In this document: piece after piece, positions 9,695 through 18,750 of the stretch | Layout: every line of letters begins with the position of its first letter | How positions within the stretch are numbered: the first letter of the stretch is position 1 | Assembly (NCBI GenBank): GCA_044869275.1 | Contig: JBIOXB010000222.1 | Location: 1 to 46,461 of the forward strand | From: a bacterium | GTDB taxonomy: Bacteria > Zhuqueibacterota > Zhuqueibacteria > Zhuqueibacterales > Zhuqueibacteraceae | DNA length: 46,461 nt | Direction: 5' to 3' | The notes under the pieces: generated by a model | The model's input: only the letters and a program-made list of their open reading frames with translations | Told to the model about the DNA's origin: nothing | Databases searched by the model: none | Program-made: the position numbers and the translations under genes

Positions 9695-9937
9695 TCAATA
9701 CTGGCAAACCCCTTGTGCGCGCCAGGCTTGCGCCTCTCGGCGCGCCGCCTCCGAAGTTTCGGCGGCAATTTCGCCGTTGCCCGAGCACACCGAGCAATCG
9801 CGCACGAAATCGGCCACCGCGGGGCGATGCTGGCGCCTTTGCCCGTCCCGGGCTTGTAAGGCGTGCTGAAACAGCGCTTGTTGGAAAATCTTCTTGTGTC
9901 CGCCACAAAGCGGACAAGGGAGGGAGGACGCTTCCAT
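9695..9937 (-). CDS. 80-aa zinc-ribbon-like microprotein (CxxC...CxxCxGxG)
   Basis: AGGAG RBS 6 nt before ATG. Motifs CPLCGG and CSVCSGNG. Co-oriented with flanking genes. Confidence 0.6.
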   Translation of the reverse strand: MEASSLPCPLCGGHKKIFQQALFQHALQARDGQRRQHRPAVADFVRDCSVCSGNGEIAAETSEAARREAQAWRAQGVCQY

Positions 9938-9987
9938 GCTTCGCTCCTGTTTGGTCTATTCGTTTACTGCGATGGGTTTCCGCAAGA

Positions 9988-10581
9988 TTATCGCAAGCGC
10001 AATTTGTATTCGCCCAATTTGCGGGATAATGTGGAGCGTGGAATCCCCAATTCTTTTGCGATCGCATCTTGCGAGCAGGAAGGGTTTTTGATCATCGCGC
10101 GCAGGATGATTTGCTTCTCGATGTAGCACAAATAATCCGGCAGTGAGAAATCCTGGCTCGGGACGGTGTTGAAATTGAGCACGGCTTTGAAAGCTTCCAC
10201 CTCCCGGTCGATGATCTTCACCAGATCCTTGAAGCCCGTGCCTTTCGTCATGAGCGCCTTCGCGCCCATGCGGATGAAACGCGTCTTTTCTTCGAGCGTG
10301 ATGGGATAGCCGGTCATCACCACCACCGGCGTTACCCTGGCCGCGCGATAGGTTTCTTCGGAGAGCAAAGTTTCGAGGAATTGCATGCCGCTCATTCCCG
10401 GCAAGCGGTAATCCAAAACGATCAAGTCAACCTGATAACTCTGCAGCGCGTCAAACCCCTCTTCCGCGTTGCTCGCGAACAGGGTTTCATAGCCGGCTAT
10501 GCGAAAGACCACGGCCAAATTCTCTTGAAACTGCGTATCATCTTCAATTAGCAACAATGTGCCTTTGGGATGCGGAATCAT
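9988..10581 (-). CDS. Response regulator, REC plus Fis-type HTH, no AAA+ domain
   Basis: LLIEDD, DLIVLDYRLPGMSG, VVVMTG and conserved Lys. C-terminal AIAKELGIPRSTLSRKL. GAGGAG RBS. Confidence 0.9.
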   Translation of the reverse strand: MIPHPKGTLLLIEDDTQFQENLAVVFRIAGYETLFASNAEEGFDALQSYQVDLIVLDYRLPGMSGMQFLETLLSEETYRAARVTPVVVMTGYPITLEEKTRFIRMGAKALMTKGTGFKDLVKIIDREVEAFKAVLNFNTVPSQDFSLPDYLCYIEKQIILRAMIKNPSCSQDAIAKELGIPRSTLSRKLGEYKLRLR

Positions 10582-10644
10582 CTCAGCTCCTCGCCCTTAC
10601 CATCCGGATAGAATCTCGTTCAGCCAAAAACGGGTTCATTTTTC

Positions 10645-11175
10645 TCACGCCGGGCGCTCTTTCGGCTTCTTGCCCGCGCTCTCCAGCAACGCGCGCAACA
10701 CGATTTGCTTGTCCAAATACGAAAGATATTCCGGCCGCGAGGCGCGCCACGGCATTGCGGGCGAGGTGTTCTTGGTGCTGCGATAGGCATCGACTTCGCG
10801 ATCGATGATGCGAATCATGTCGTCGACTTCCGCGCCCTTGATGATCAAAGCCTTCGCACCCAGGCGGAAAAACCGCCATTTTTCATTGAGCGGAATCGGC
10901 TCGCTGGTCAGCACGATGACGGGAAGGCTCTTGATCTCGCGAAATCTTTTGTCCATCAAAAAGGTTTCGTAGAACTGCATGCCTTCCATTTCCGGCAACC
11001 GGTAAGCCAGCACGATCAAATCCACGTTATAGGTCTCCAAAGCGGCAAAACCTTCCTGTGCATCACGCGCGAAGAGCGGTTCATATCCGGCCAGGCGCAA
11101 CACCACTGCCAGGTTTTGTTGCATGCGCGTATCCGGCTCGATCAACAACAGGGTGGCTTTGGGAAGTGGAATCAT
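10645..11175 (-). CDS. Pseudo-receiver response regulator paralogue lacking the phosphoacceptor Asp and the HTH
   Basis: Aligns end to end with the neighbour, but has LLIEPD and DLIVLAYRLP and stops after YLDKQIVLRALL. Confidence 0.85.
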   Translation of the reverse strand: MIPLPKATLLLIEPDTRMQQNLAVVLRLAGYEPLFARDAQEGFAALETYNVDLIVLAYRLPEMEGMQFYETFLMDKRFREIKSLPVIVLTSEPIPLNEKWRFFRLGAKALIIKGAEVDDMIRIIDREVDAYRSTKNTSPAMPWRASRPEYLSYLDKQIVLRALLESAGKKPKERPA

Positions 11176-11248
11176 AAAGGAGCGCTCCTGATCATGGGCT
11201 GAGTTGAAATTATACGCAGTTCACTGCAGCGACTGTTGACCAAAACTT

Positions 11249-11263
11249 ACATAAATTATGCCA
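11249..11263 (-). promoter_or_regulatory. Candidate sigma54 -24/-12 promoter of the regulator block
   Basis: TGGCATAATTTATGT (GG-N10-GT variant) ~75 nt upstream of the 11175 start, with an AT-rich tract upstream. Confidence 0.35.
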
Positions 11264-11556
11264 GGAGACGTCTCCGAAGTCGCCGCGGAGAATAGTCGAT
11301 ATAAGTATAAAAAATAAAATAACTTAACTCATTCAAATGTCAAATATTTCGTGAACAAATATTTGCTGAAATTGTAATATCTTAATACAATCGGCTCGCC
11401 AGCGGACGTCTCAAGTCTACAGCGTGTTGGGAAAATCCGCTCCTCCGCAAATGCCTGTGCATGAGTGTAAGTATGGGCTGGCAATCCGCGCATGGCTGGC
11501 GCATGGCATTTACAATAATCATTTCGAATTCATAACGCTCGCAGCAAACGTTCTAA

Positions 11557-11586
11557 TTGCATCTCTCCTATTTGCCAGCTTATATT
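11557..11586 (+). promoter_or_regulatory. Candidate sigma70 promoter for the menG operon
   Basis: TTGCAT-N18-TATATT ~85 nt before the ATG. Confidence 0.35.
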
Positions 11587-11670
11587 TCTTATTCTGGCCG
11601 GTCACTCCCGGTGATCGCGCAGTGACAGGAATCAAAGCCGCTATTTCTTAATCGCACTGAAAACACTTTC

Positions 11671-12474
11671 ATGCCCGTCCGCAATTTTAGATTCGACAAT
11701 GCCGAACACAAGGCCGCCTTCGTGCAGCAGATGTTCGACCACATCGCGCCGCGCTATGACTTCATGAACCGCGTGATGACCTTCGGCCGCGACCAAGCTT
11801 GGCGGCGGCTGTTGATCAAACGCGCCGGCATCAAGCCGGGCGCCAAAGTCCTGGACATTGCCACCGGCACCGGCGACATCGCTTTAGCGGCGGCTTGCGC
11901 CGGAGCGAATTTGGTCGTGGCTGCGGATTTCAGCCGGCAGATGCTGACGCATGCCTCACAAAAATTTCTCGGACAAACTCATCGCCACAATCGCAAACTC
12001 ACGCTCGCCAGCGCCGACGGCCTGTCTCTGCCCTTTCCGGATAACACGTTCGATGCCGTGGTCACCGGTTTTTCATTGCGCAACGTCGGCAACCTCGACG
12101 CCTTTTTGCGCGAGATGGCGCGCGTGACGAAATTCGGCGGCAAAGTGGCTTGCCTGGAAATCACCCGGCCGCGCTCGCCGTTCTTTCGGAATTTCTTCTC
12201 CTGGTATTTTGGCAATGTCGTGCCGTTCATGGGCAAGCTGATCAGCGGTAGCCGCGAGGCGTACAGCTATCTGCCCCATTCGGTGGCCATTTTCATCACC
12301 CCGGAAGAATTGCGCGTACGCCTGGAAGACGCGGGCTTGAATCACGCCGCTTTCGAAACGCTGATGTGCGGCACCATCGCGATTCACAGCGGCACCAAGA
12401 TACACGCGGTGGCGAAAGCCGGTTATGCGCCCAAGCCGGCAGCGGCGAGCAAGCAGCAGAAGGTGGCGCGATAG
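11671..12474 (+). CDS. menG: Demethylmenaquinone/ubiquinone methyltransferase (MenG/UbiE)
   Basis: MFDHIAPRYDFMNRVMTFG, VLDIATGTGD, LPFPDNTFDAV..FSLRNV and AYSYLPHS. Confidence 0.92.
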   Translation: MPVRNFRFDNAEHKAAFVQQMFDHIAPRYDFMNRVMTFGRDQAWRRLLIKRAGIKPGAKVLDIATGTGDIALAAACAGANLVVAADFSRQMLTHASQKFLGQTHRHNRKLTLASADGLSLPFPDNTFDAVVTGFSLRNVGNLDAFLREMARVTKFGGKVACLEITRPRSPFFRNFFSWYFGNVVPFMGKLISGSREAYSYLPHSVAIFITPEELRVRLEDAGLNHAAFETLMCGTIAIHSGTKIHAVAKAGYAPKPAAASKQQKVAR

Positions 12475-12579
12475 TGTGCTCAAGCATTGTTTCTTGCCTT
12501 TGCCCTTGCAATTCATTTTCTTCTTCACTATCATTGCGCCAATTTAAATTAAGATCCGCTGTGAGGAGCCAAGCTTAGC

Positions 12580-13023
12580 ATGTTGGAAAAAATCGACCAC
12601 CTCGGCATCGCGGTGCGGGACTTGGAGGCAGCGATTGCCCGCTATGCCGCGCTCACCGGGGCGCCGCCGCAACTCGTGGAGGAGGTTCCCGCCCAACACG
12701 TCAAAGTGGCGATGTTTGAGGTCGGCGCCTCGCGCGTGGAGTTGCTGTCCGCCACTTCTCCTGCCTCTGCCCTTGCGAAATTCCTCGACCAGCGTGGCGA
12801 AGGCATGCATCATGTCTGTTTCAAAGTTCACAATCTGGAAGCAGCGCTGGCGCGCCTGCGGCAGGAAGGCATGGAAGTCTTGCCCGGTGCCGGCGCTGCG
12901 GGCGCCGAGGGCAGCCGCATTGCGTTTCTGCATCCGCGCAGCGCCGCCGGCGTGTTGATCGAGCTGGTGGAAAAATCAGACGCCCAAGATCCCCAAGATG
13001 AGACGAATCCGCATCGGCATTGA
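12580..13023 (+). CDS. mce: Methylmalonyl-CoA epimerase (VOC family)
   Basis: KIDHLGIAV, VELL, RGEGMHHVCF and IAFLHPRSAAGVLIELVE. GAGGAG RBS. Confidence 0.92.
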   Translation: MLEKIDHLGIAVRDLEAAIARYAALTGAPPQLVEEVPAQHVKVAMFEVGASRVELLSATSPASALAKFLDQRGEGMHHVCFKVHNLEAALARLRQEGMEVLPGAGAAGAEGSRIAFLHPRSAAGVLIELVEKSDAQDPQDETNPHRH

Positions 13024-15145
13024 CGTCGGCGGCACCTTCACCCACGCCGTGGCCCTCGACGTCCAGCATCTCAACCTGCTCACGCAAACCAAAACGCTGA
13101 CTTCGCATCATGGCGAGCAAGGCGTGGCGCGCGGTATTGTCACGGTTCTGCTCAAACTGCTGCAAAAGGGCCGCATTCTTCCGGAAGAAATCTCGCTGGT
13201 GGCGCACAGCACCACCCAGGCCACCAATGCCCTGCTCGAAGGCGACGTCGCCAAGGTCGGCATCATCGGCATGGGCACGGGCTTGAAGACTTTTCGCATT
13301 CGCCAGCAAACCGAGGTCAAAGAGGTGGTGCTCGCGCCGGGCAAAATTCTGAAAACGTGTTATCGTTTTATCAACATTCGCAAAGATTTTTCCGAAGCCA
13401 GAGTCCGGCAAGCGATTGGAGAGCTGCGCGCCGAGGGGGCACAGGCAATCGTGGCTGCCGAGGTCTTCTCCGTGGATCATCCCAATCGTGAGCAACAAGT
13501 GGTCGCCCTCGCGCGCGAGATGGGCCTGCCCGCCACGGCCAGCCAGGACGTCTCCAAGCTGTACGGGCTGGGCATTCGCACGCGCACGGCCGTGATCAAC
13601 GCCAGCATGCTGCCGGTCATGATCGCGACCGCGGAAATGACCGAACGCAGCTTGCGCCAAGCCGGCATCCAGGCGCCCTTGATGATCATGCGCTCGGACG
13701 GCGGCGTGATGGACCTCAAAGGCATGCGCGAGCGGCCAATTTTGACGCTATACTCCGGCCCGGCGGCGGGCGTGGCGGCTGCTCTCATGTATGCTCGCAT
13801 CGCCGAAGGCATCTTCGTCGAAGTGGGCGGCACGAGCACGGACATTAGCGTGATCCATCGCGGCGAAGTGAGGTTGCGCACGGCTTTCGTGGGCTCACAC
13901 AAGCTTTATACCAAAACACTGGACGTGCGCACCGTGGGCGTGGCGGGCGGCAGCATGCCGCGCGTGCGCCAGAGCCAGGTGCTCGAAGTTGGGCCGCGCA
14001 GCGCGCATATTGCCGGCATGCCCTACGAGGCATTCAGCCAGATTCATGAGCTTCAAATGAGCGAGCCGGTATATGGCAGCCCCAAACGCGGCGACCCGCA
14101 CGACTACGTTTACCTGCAAAACAAGAACAAGTCCTTCGCGCTCACGGTAACGGGCGCGGCAAATTTTTTGGGGTTGGTTCCGGAGCACGATTACGCCCGC
14201 AGCGGAGAGAGAAACGTCGCGCTGGCCTTCGAAAAGCTGGGGAAGCTGCTCAACATGGGCGCTAGGGAGGCCGCGGTTGCCGTGCTGGACAAATGCTGCG
14301 GCAAAATTGTGGAAGTCATTCGCGCACTGGTGAAGGAGTATCGCCTCAATCCGGCCATGTTGCGGCTGATCGGCGGCGGCGGCGGCGCGTCCACGATTCT
14401 GCCGTACTCCTCGTTGCTGGTGCAAATGCCGTTCGAGCTGGCGCACAACAACGCGGTCATTTCCGCCATCGGCGTGGCGCTGAGCATGGTGCGCGAAACC
14501 ATCGAGCGCAACATGGTCAATCCCAGCAGTGAAGACCTGATGCGCGTGCGCCAAGAAGCGGAAGAAGCAGTCACGCGCATGGGCGCGGCTCCCGATACCA
14601 TCGAAGTCAAAGTCGAGATCGACCATCATCACCATCGTGTCGTGGCCACGGCCACGGGCTCGACGGATGTCAGGCTGATCGACAAAATCGGCCGGCCGCT
14701 GACCGCAAGCAAACGCATCGACATTGCGGCCTCCGCTTTGGCAGCGGATGAAACCCGTCTCATGGTGCTGGCGAACACCGGGTACTTTACGGCTTACGCC
14801 TCGCCCAAAGTGACTTCGCGCTTATTCGGTTTGATCAAAGAAAAAAGCCGGCCGGTGGTGGTGGTGGACCAGAACGGCATCGTGCGTCTGAGTTTCAAAC
14901 GCGTGGAAGTAGCGGAAGCGATCGCCGCTGAGGGCCTCGACAAACTGCGTACCTTCATCGAGGTGAACACGCACTACGGCGATGGCGGGCCGCAAATTCC
15001 CGAGATTCATCTGGCCATCGGCTCACGCCTGCTCGATTTTTCCGGCTTGATCAATGCCAGGCAAGTCGTGTCCATGGGGGAGCACGAATTGAGCAAGTTC
15101 ACTCCTGAAACCCCAGTTATGATGTTGGCGGATTTGAAGAATTGA
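12998..15145 (+). CDS. Hydantoinase/oxoprolinase (HyuA-like) family protein
   Basis: IGIDVGGTFT, HSTTQATNALLEG, MRSDGG, SGPAAGV and EVGGTSTDI. Overlaps the end of mce. Confidence 0.88.
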   Translation: MRRIRIGIDVGGTFTHAVALDVQHLNLLTQTKTLTSHHGEQGVARGIVTVLLKLLQKGRILPEEISLVAHSTTQATNALLEGDVAKVGIIGMGTGLKTFRIRQQTEVKEVVLAPGKILKTCYRFINIRKDFSEARVRQAIGELRAEGAQAIVAAEVFSVDHPNREQQVVALAREMGLPATASQDVSKLYGLGIRTRTAVINASMLPVMIATAEMTERSLRQAGIQAPLMIMRSDGGVMDLKGMRERPILTLYSGPAAGVAAALMYARIAEGIFVEVGGTSTDISVIHRGEVRLRTAFVGSHKLYTKTLDVRTVGVAGGSMPRVRQSQVLEVGPRSAHIAGMPYEAFSQIHELQMSEPVYGSPKRGDPHDYVYLQNKNKSFALTVTGAANFLGLVPEHDYARSGERNVALAFEKLGKLLNMGAREAAVAVLDKCCGKIVEVIRALVKEYRLNPAMLRLIGGGGGASTILPYSSLLVQMPFELAHNNAVISAIGVALSMVRETIERNMVNPSSEDLMRVRQEAEEAVTRMGAAPDTIEVKVEIDHHHHRVVATATGSTDVRLIDKIGRPLTASKRIDIAASALAADETRLMVLANTGYFTAYASPKVTSRLFGLIKEKSRPVVVVDQNGIVRLSFKRVEVAEAIAAEGLDKLRTFIEVNTHYGDGGPQIPEIHLAIGSRLLDFSGLINARQVVSMGEHELSKFTPETPVMMLADLKN

Positions 15146-15166
15146 CAAATGTGAGAGGGCAGGTAT

Positions 15167-15883
15167 ATGGAATTGCAGAATAAAGTTGCCGTCATCACCG
15201 GCGCAAGCCGTGGCATTGGCAAAGCCATGGCGATGGCCTTTGCCGCCGAGGGCACGCATCTGGTGCTTGCCGCGCGCACCAAGAACTTGCTGGATGAAGT
15301 CGCACAAGCCGCGCGCCGCCATGCGATCGAAGTCGAAACAGTCATCGGCGATGTGCGCGAAGAAGGCCAAGTCAAAAACCTGGTGCAGACCGCTGTCCAG
15401 AGATTCAATCGGCTCGAGATTTTGGTTAACAATGCAGGTCTGGGATTCTTCGAGCCGGTGGCGGAGATGGCGACTGCCGAATGGGATGAAATGTTTGCGG
15501 TGAATTTGCGCGCGGTTTTTCTGGCCACGCGCGAGGCGCTCCCCCATCTGCGCCGCGCCGGCGAAAGTTTTGTAGTGAATATCGCTTCACTCGCCGGCAA
15601 AAACACCTTCGCCAATGGCGGCGGCTACACCGCCACCAAATGGGGCTTGCGCGCGTTCGCACAATGTTTGATGCTGGAAGAGCGCAAACACGGTGTGCAC
15701 GTGGTGACCATTTGCCCGGGCTCGGTGGCCACCGCCTTCGGGCAAGGCAACGACCGCGCACCCCGCACGCACAAGCCCGATATCATTCAGCCCGATGACG
15801 TGGCGCAGTGCGTCCTCGCCGCCGTGAAAATGCCATCGCAGGTGATGGTCAGCGAGATCGATATCCGGCCGGCGAAGGCGTAG
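15167..15883 (+). CDS. Short-chain dehydrogenase/reductase
   Basis: TGASRGIG, LVNNAG and catalytic YTATK. Confidence 0.93.
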   Translation: MELQNKVAVITGASRGIGKAMAMAFAAEGTHLVLAARTKNLLDEVAQAARRHAIEVETVIGDVREEGQVKNLVQTAVQRFNRLEILVNNAGLGFFEPVAEMATAEWDEMFAVNLRAVFLATREALPHLRRAGESFVVNIASLAGKNTFANGGGYTATKWGLRAFAQCLMLEERKHGVHVVTICPGSVATAFGQGNDRAPRTHKPDIIQPDDVAQCVLAAVKMPSQVMVSEIDIRPAKA

Positions 15884-16144
15884 GCGCTGCAAAACGCGTA
15901 AACCCAGCACCAAAAGCCTGAATTTTTGCGAGACCCCGTCGCAGCGCTGCAAAAGAGGCGTGCGCCAGTCCACTTAAGAATGAATGGCTTGAATGTATCC
16001 GGGCTTTATCGTATCTTTTATGCTAATTTGACTCGTGAGCGTCTTTTCCATGATTCTCCCGGAATGCCATTGGGAAATATATGCCGCCATACACCGGAAT
16101 GCGCGTGTCAAATTCTCACATTTCATTAGGATGATGCTTTCACC

Positions 16145-17170
16145 ATGAGGACACCTCTTCTCGACGTTATGCCTAAAACCGCCATCTCTTTCCTTATAAT
16201 ACTACTTGGCACTTGCGGGAAAATTCAAGCACAGATTCCGGGAAAAGTTTTTGCCGGGGTGGACAAGGTATTGGATGATCGCGCGCCGGCGTTGGGGCTG
16301 CACGTTTCCAACTTGTCCGCGCCGGGATGGAGGAACATTAGCTGGCAGGGCTTTGCCGTGCGCACCGCTGCTTTTTCCATTGCCAGTGGATCGCCCAAGA
16401 TTCTACTGGGCGGGCAGGGCGGCATTTTGCGGCCTTTCACCAATCCCACCGGCTGGCAATTGCTCACCGATTGGCGTCTGACCGATATTCTCGACGTAAA
16501 AATCGATCCCAACGATCCGCGGCGGATCTTTGCGGCCACCGCCTCCGGTATTTACATCTCCAAAGACAATGGCCGCGAATGGAAGGCGAGCAATGACGGC
16601 CTGACCAACTCATTTGTCAGTTGCCTCCTGATCGATGGGAAACAACGCGAACGCCTTATGGCTGGAACGGAAGAAGGCTTGTTCGAATCGACTGACAACG
16701 GGGACAACTGGCGCCTGCTCGCTTTTCCCGGCGTTGCCATACGCGCGCTGTTGCGCGAGCCGGAGTCCTGGCCCGGCATTTTTTGGGTGGGCACGGAGTA
16801 TCGCGGCTTGTATGAGAGCTTCGATGGCGGCGAGACCTTCGAGGCGGTCGACATGGAAAGCGACAGCATTTCGGTTTACGCACTTGCCGGCGGAGGGGCC
16901 AATTCCCCCATTTTTGCCGGCGTGTTCGAACGCGGGTTGTATCGCGCCTCTTCGCCGGGGGAGAATTGGATGCATCTCGAGGGCACGGAAAAGCTCGGCA
17001 CGGTGCTGTGCATTTTGACAGTGGAGGAGCCGCCCCTCATTCTAGCCGGTACCCATCAACAAGGGGTGATGAAGAGCGTGGACAACGGCCGCACTTGGCA
17101 AAATTTCGGACTGCAGGGCGCGCCGGTGCGCATGTTAATGCTGGGCGAAGCTGATTGGAGCACGCCCTAG
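16145..17170 (+). CDS. Secreted BNR/Asp-box beta-propeller protein (YCF48/VPS10-like)
   Basis: Signal-like N-terminus and Asp-boxes SKDNGREW, STDNGDNW, SFDGGETF, SVDNGRTW. Confidence 0.82.
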   Translation: MRTPLLDVMPKTAISFLIILLGTCGKIQAQIPGKVFAGVDKVLDDRAPALGLHVSNLSAPGWRNISWQGFAVRTAAFSIASGSPKILLGGQGGILRPFTNPTGWQLLTDWRLTDILDVKIDPNDPRRIFAATASGIYISKDNGREWKASNDGLTNSFVSCLLIDGKQRERLMAGTEEGLFESTDNGDNWRLLAFPGVAIRALLREPESWPGIFWVGTEYRGLYESFDGGETFEAVDMESDSISVYALAGGGANSPIFAGVFERGLYRASSPGENWMHLEGTEKLGTVLCILTVEEPPLILAGTHQQGVMKSVDNGRTWQNFGLQGAPVRMLMLGEADWSTP

Positions 17171-17260
17171 AACCACTGCCATTAGCCATCAGCAATTGAC
17201 CATTACTAATTGCTACTTGATCATTGATAATGGTCAATTGTCAACGATCAATTGAGAATT
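17171..17260. repeat. Degenerate heptamer array with inverted symmetry
   Basis: CAATTGACCATTA...TAATGGTCAATTG with 7-nt periodicity. Confidence 0.6.
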
Positions 17261-17298
17261 GTATCCAAAGCTTATTTCATTAACACCGGAGGAAGGAG

Positions 17299-17856
17299 AT
17301 GCTTCACCCCCAAACCGAGTTGCGCCAAAGCAAAATTCAGGGTACGGGTTTGTTTGCGAAGGGACTGATCAGAAAAGGCGAAGTGGTGTGGTGGGAAACG
17401 CCGGAAGATCGCGCGCAGCAGGTGGATGTGCCCATCGCGGAGATGAAAAGCTGGCCGGAAGAAAAGCAGCGCCAATTCGAGCGCTATGCTTACCAGATTT
17501 CAGCTGACATGTACACCGGCCGCCTGGATGGCGTGCCCATCGATCCAGCCGATTTCACCAACCATAGTTGCGATCCGACGACGTGGTTTGTGAATGACAC
17601 CACCATGACGGCGCGGCGCGATATTCTACCGGGACAGGAAATCACCTATGACTATGCCACCAGCGAAACCGACGAGGATTTTCTTTTGCCTTGCGGCTGC
17701 GGTTCACCCGGGTGCCGGAAGATCATTCGCGGCAGCGACCATTTGCTTCCGGAAGTGCAGGCGGCATATGGAGCTCATATGATGCAACATGTGCTGCGCA
17801 AAATCCAAGCGCAGCAAGGGCAGCACGAGCAAACGGCGGCGCCAGCGTCCAAATGA
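17299..17856 (+). CDS. SET-domain protein lysine methyltransferase with post-SET cysteines
   Basis: QGTGLFA, FTNHSCDP, EITYDY and CGCGSPGCRK. GGAGGAAGGAG RBS. Confidence 0.92.
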   Translation: MLHPQTELRQSKIQGTGLFAKGLIRKGEVVWWETPEDRAQQVDVPIAEMKSWPEEKQRQFERYAYQISADMYTGRLDGVPIDPADFTNHSCDPTTWFVNDTTMTARRDILPGQEITYDYATSETDEDFLLPCGCGSPGCRKIIRGSDHLLPEVQAAYGAHMMQHVLRKIQAQQGQHEQTAAPASK

Positions 17857-17879
17857 GGCCCAAGAGGCTTTGCTATGAA

Positions 17880-17928
17880 TTACACGTTACACCTTACACA
17901 TGTAACGTGTAAAGTGTAAAGTGTAAAA
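17880..17928. repeat. Inverted heptamer array, (TTACACN)3 followed by (TGTAA(A/C)R)4
   Basis: ttacacg ttacacc ttacaca / tgtaacg tgtaaag tgtaaag tgtaaaa. Confidence 0.85.
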
Positions 17929-18319
17929 AAAGATGGTAGGCCCTGGTTCACGAATGCCTTGAACAAAATCCCCCGGCCAAGCGTCTCTTTACAAACCAAC
18001 ATCATCAAAATGTCAAGGGGGGGATGCAGCATGATCGGCACGACCTTTTGCAGGGCCGGCCAGGGTGTGAGGTCCGCCCGCAGGCTGGTTTCCGGTTTTC
18101 TCGCGCCAGCATTGATCACCAGCGCCCAGGGCGGGCAAAAGCAACTCACGTTGACCTCCTCCTCGCCAAAATGGGCAAACACGAGGAAACCTACGCGCTG
18201 CAGAATTATCAAGAAATCTTAAAAACGAATTCCAGCAACATGGAGCGCGCGCTGTCCTATCCCGAGGCGAAAAAGATGGTGGCGCAGTTGAGTGGGACGA
18301 ATTAACAAACTTATCATAG

Positions 18320-18463
18320 CTTGACAATGTTAAGTTGGTCCTCAAAGCCCCCGTTTTCTGTCATGCTGTAAGCATCTTCCCATGAGGGCTGCACTAAAAT
18401 CTGGGGAAGATGCTTACGGCATGATAGATTGAGAGGGCGTGAATTTAAGCTAACATTGTCAAG
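18320..18463. mobile_element. MITE-like element with an internal hairpin
   Basis: Perfect 13-bp TIR CTTGACAATGTTA/TAACATTGTCAAG flanked by an ATAG direct repeat. Internal 21-bp IR at 18361-18381/18404-18424. Confidence 0.65.
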
Positions 18464-18640
18464 ATAGTCGTTCCGGCGAAATCCTTTTTAGGCACTTGAT
18501 CAAGACTCGATTCCCGGGCATTGCACCAGTGCTTCAAAGGGTTCTTCCAGAATGACAAGAGAAGAAATGGAAAAGTGGTGAAGAAATGGAAAAGCGGTAG
18601 TGTCAAAATCTCTATGAAAATGAGGCTGTTTGAAATGAAT

Positions 18641-18728
18641 GAAGATTTGCGAATAGCGATTTACGATTTCAGACGTTGATGAGCCCTTCGTAAATCGACA
18701 ATCGCCAAGCGGCAAGCGTAAATCAACG
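18641..18728. repeat. Degenerate inverted heptamer array (CGATTT/AAATCG type)
   Basis: gatttgcgaatagcgatttacgattt ... cgtaaatcgacaatcg..cgtaaatc. Confidence 0.55.
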
Positions 18729-18750
18729 GTGTAAGCCACAGGAGAAAAGA

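Noticed and set aside
11178..11189. Palindrome AGGAGCGCTCCT overlapping the pseudo-receiver RBS
   Set aside because: The stem is only 4-5 bp with a minimal loop, too weak to claim translational control.
17932..18306. Short ORFs after the SET gene
   Set aside because: No RBS or recognisable domain. The last ~45 codons look protein-like and may be a remnant, but no call can be supported.
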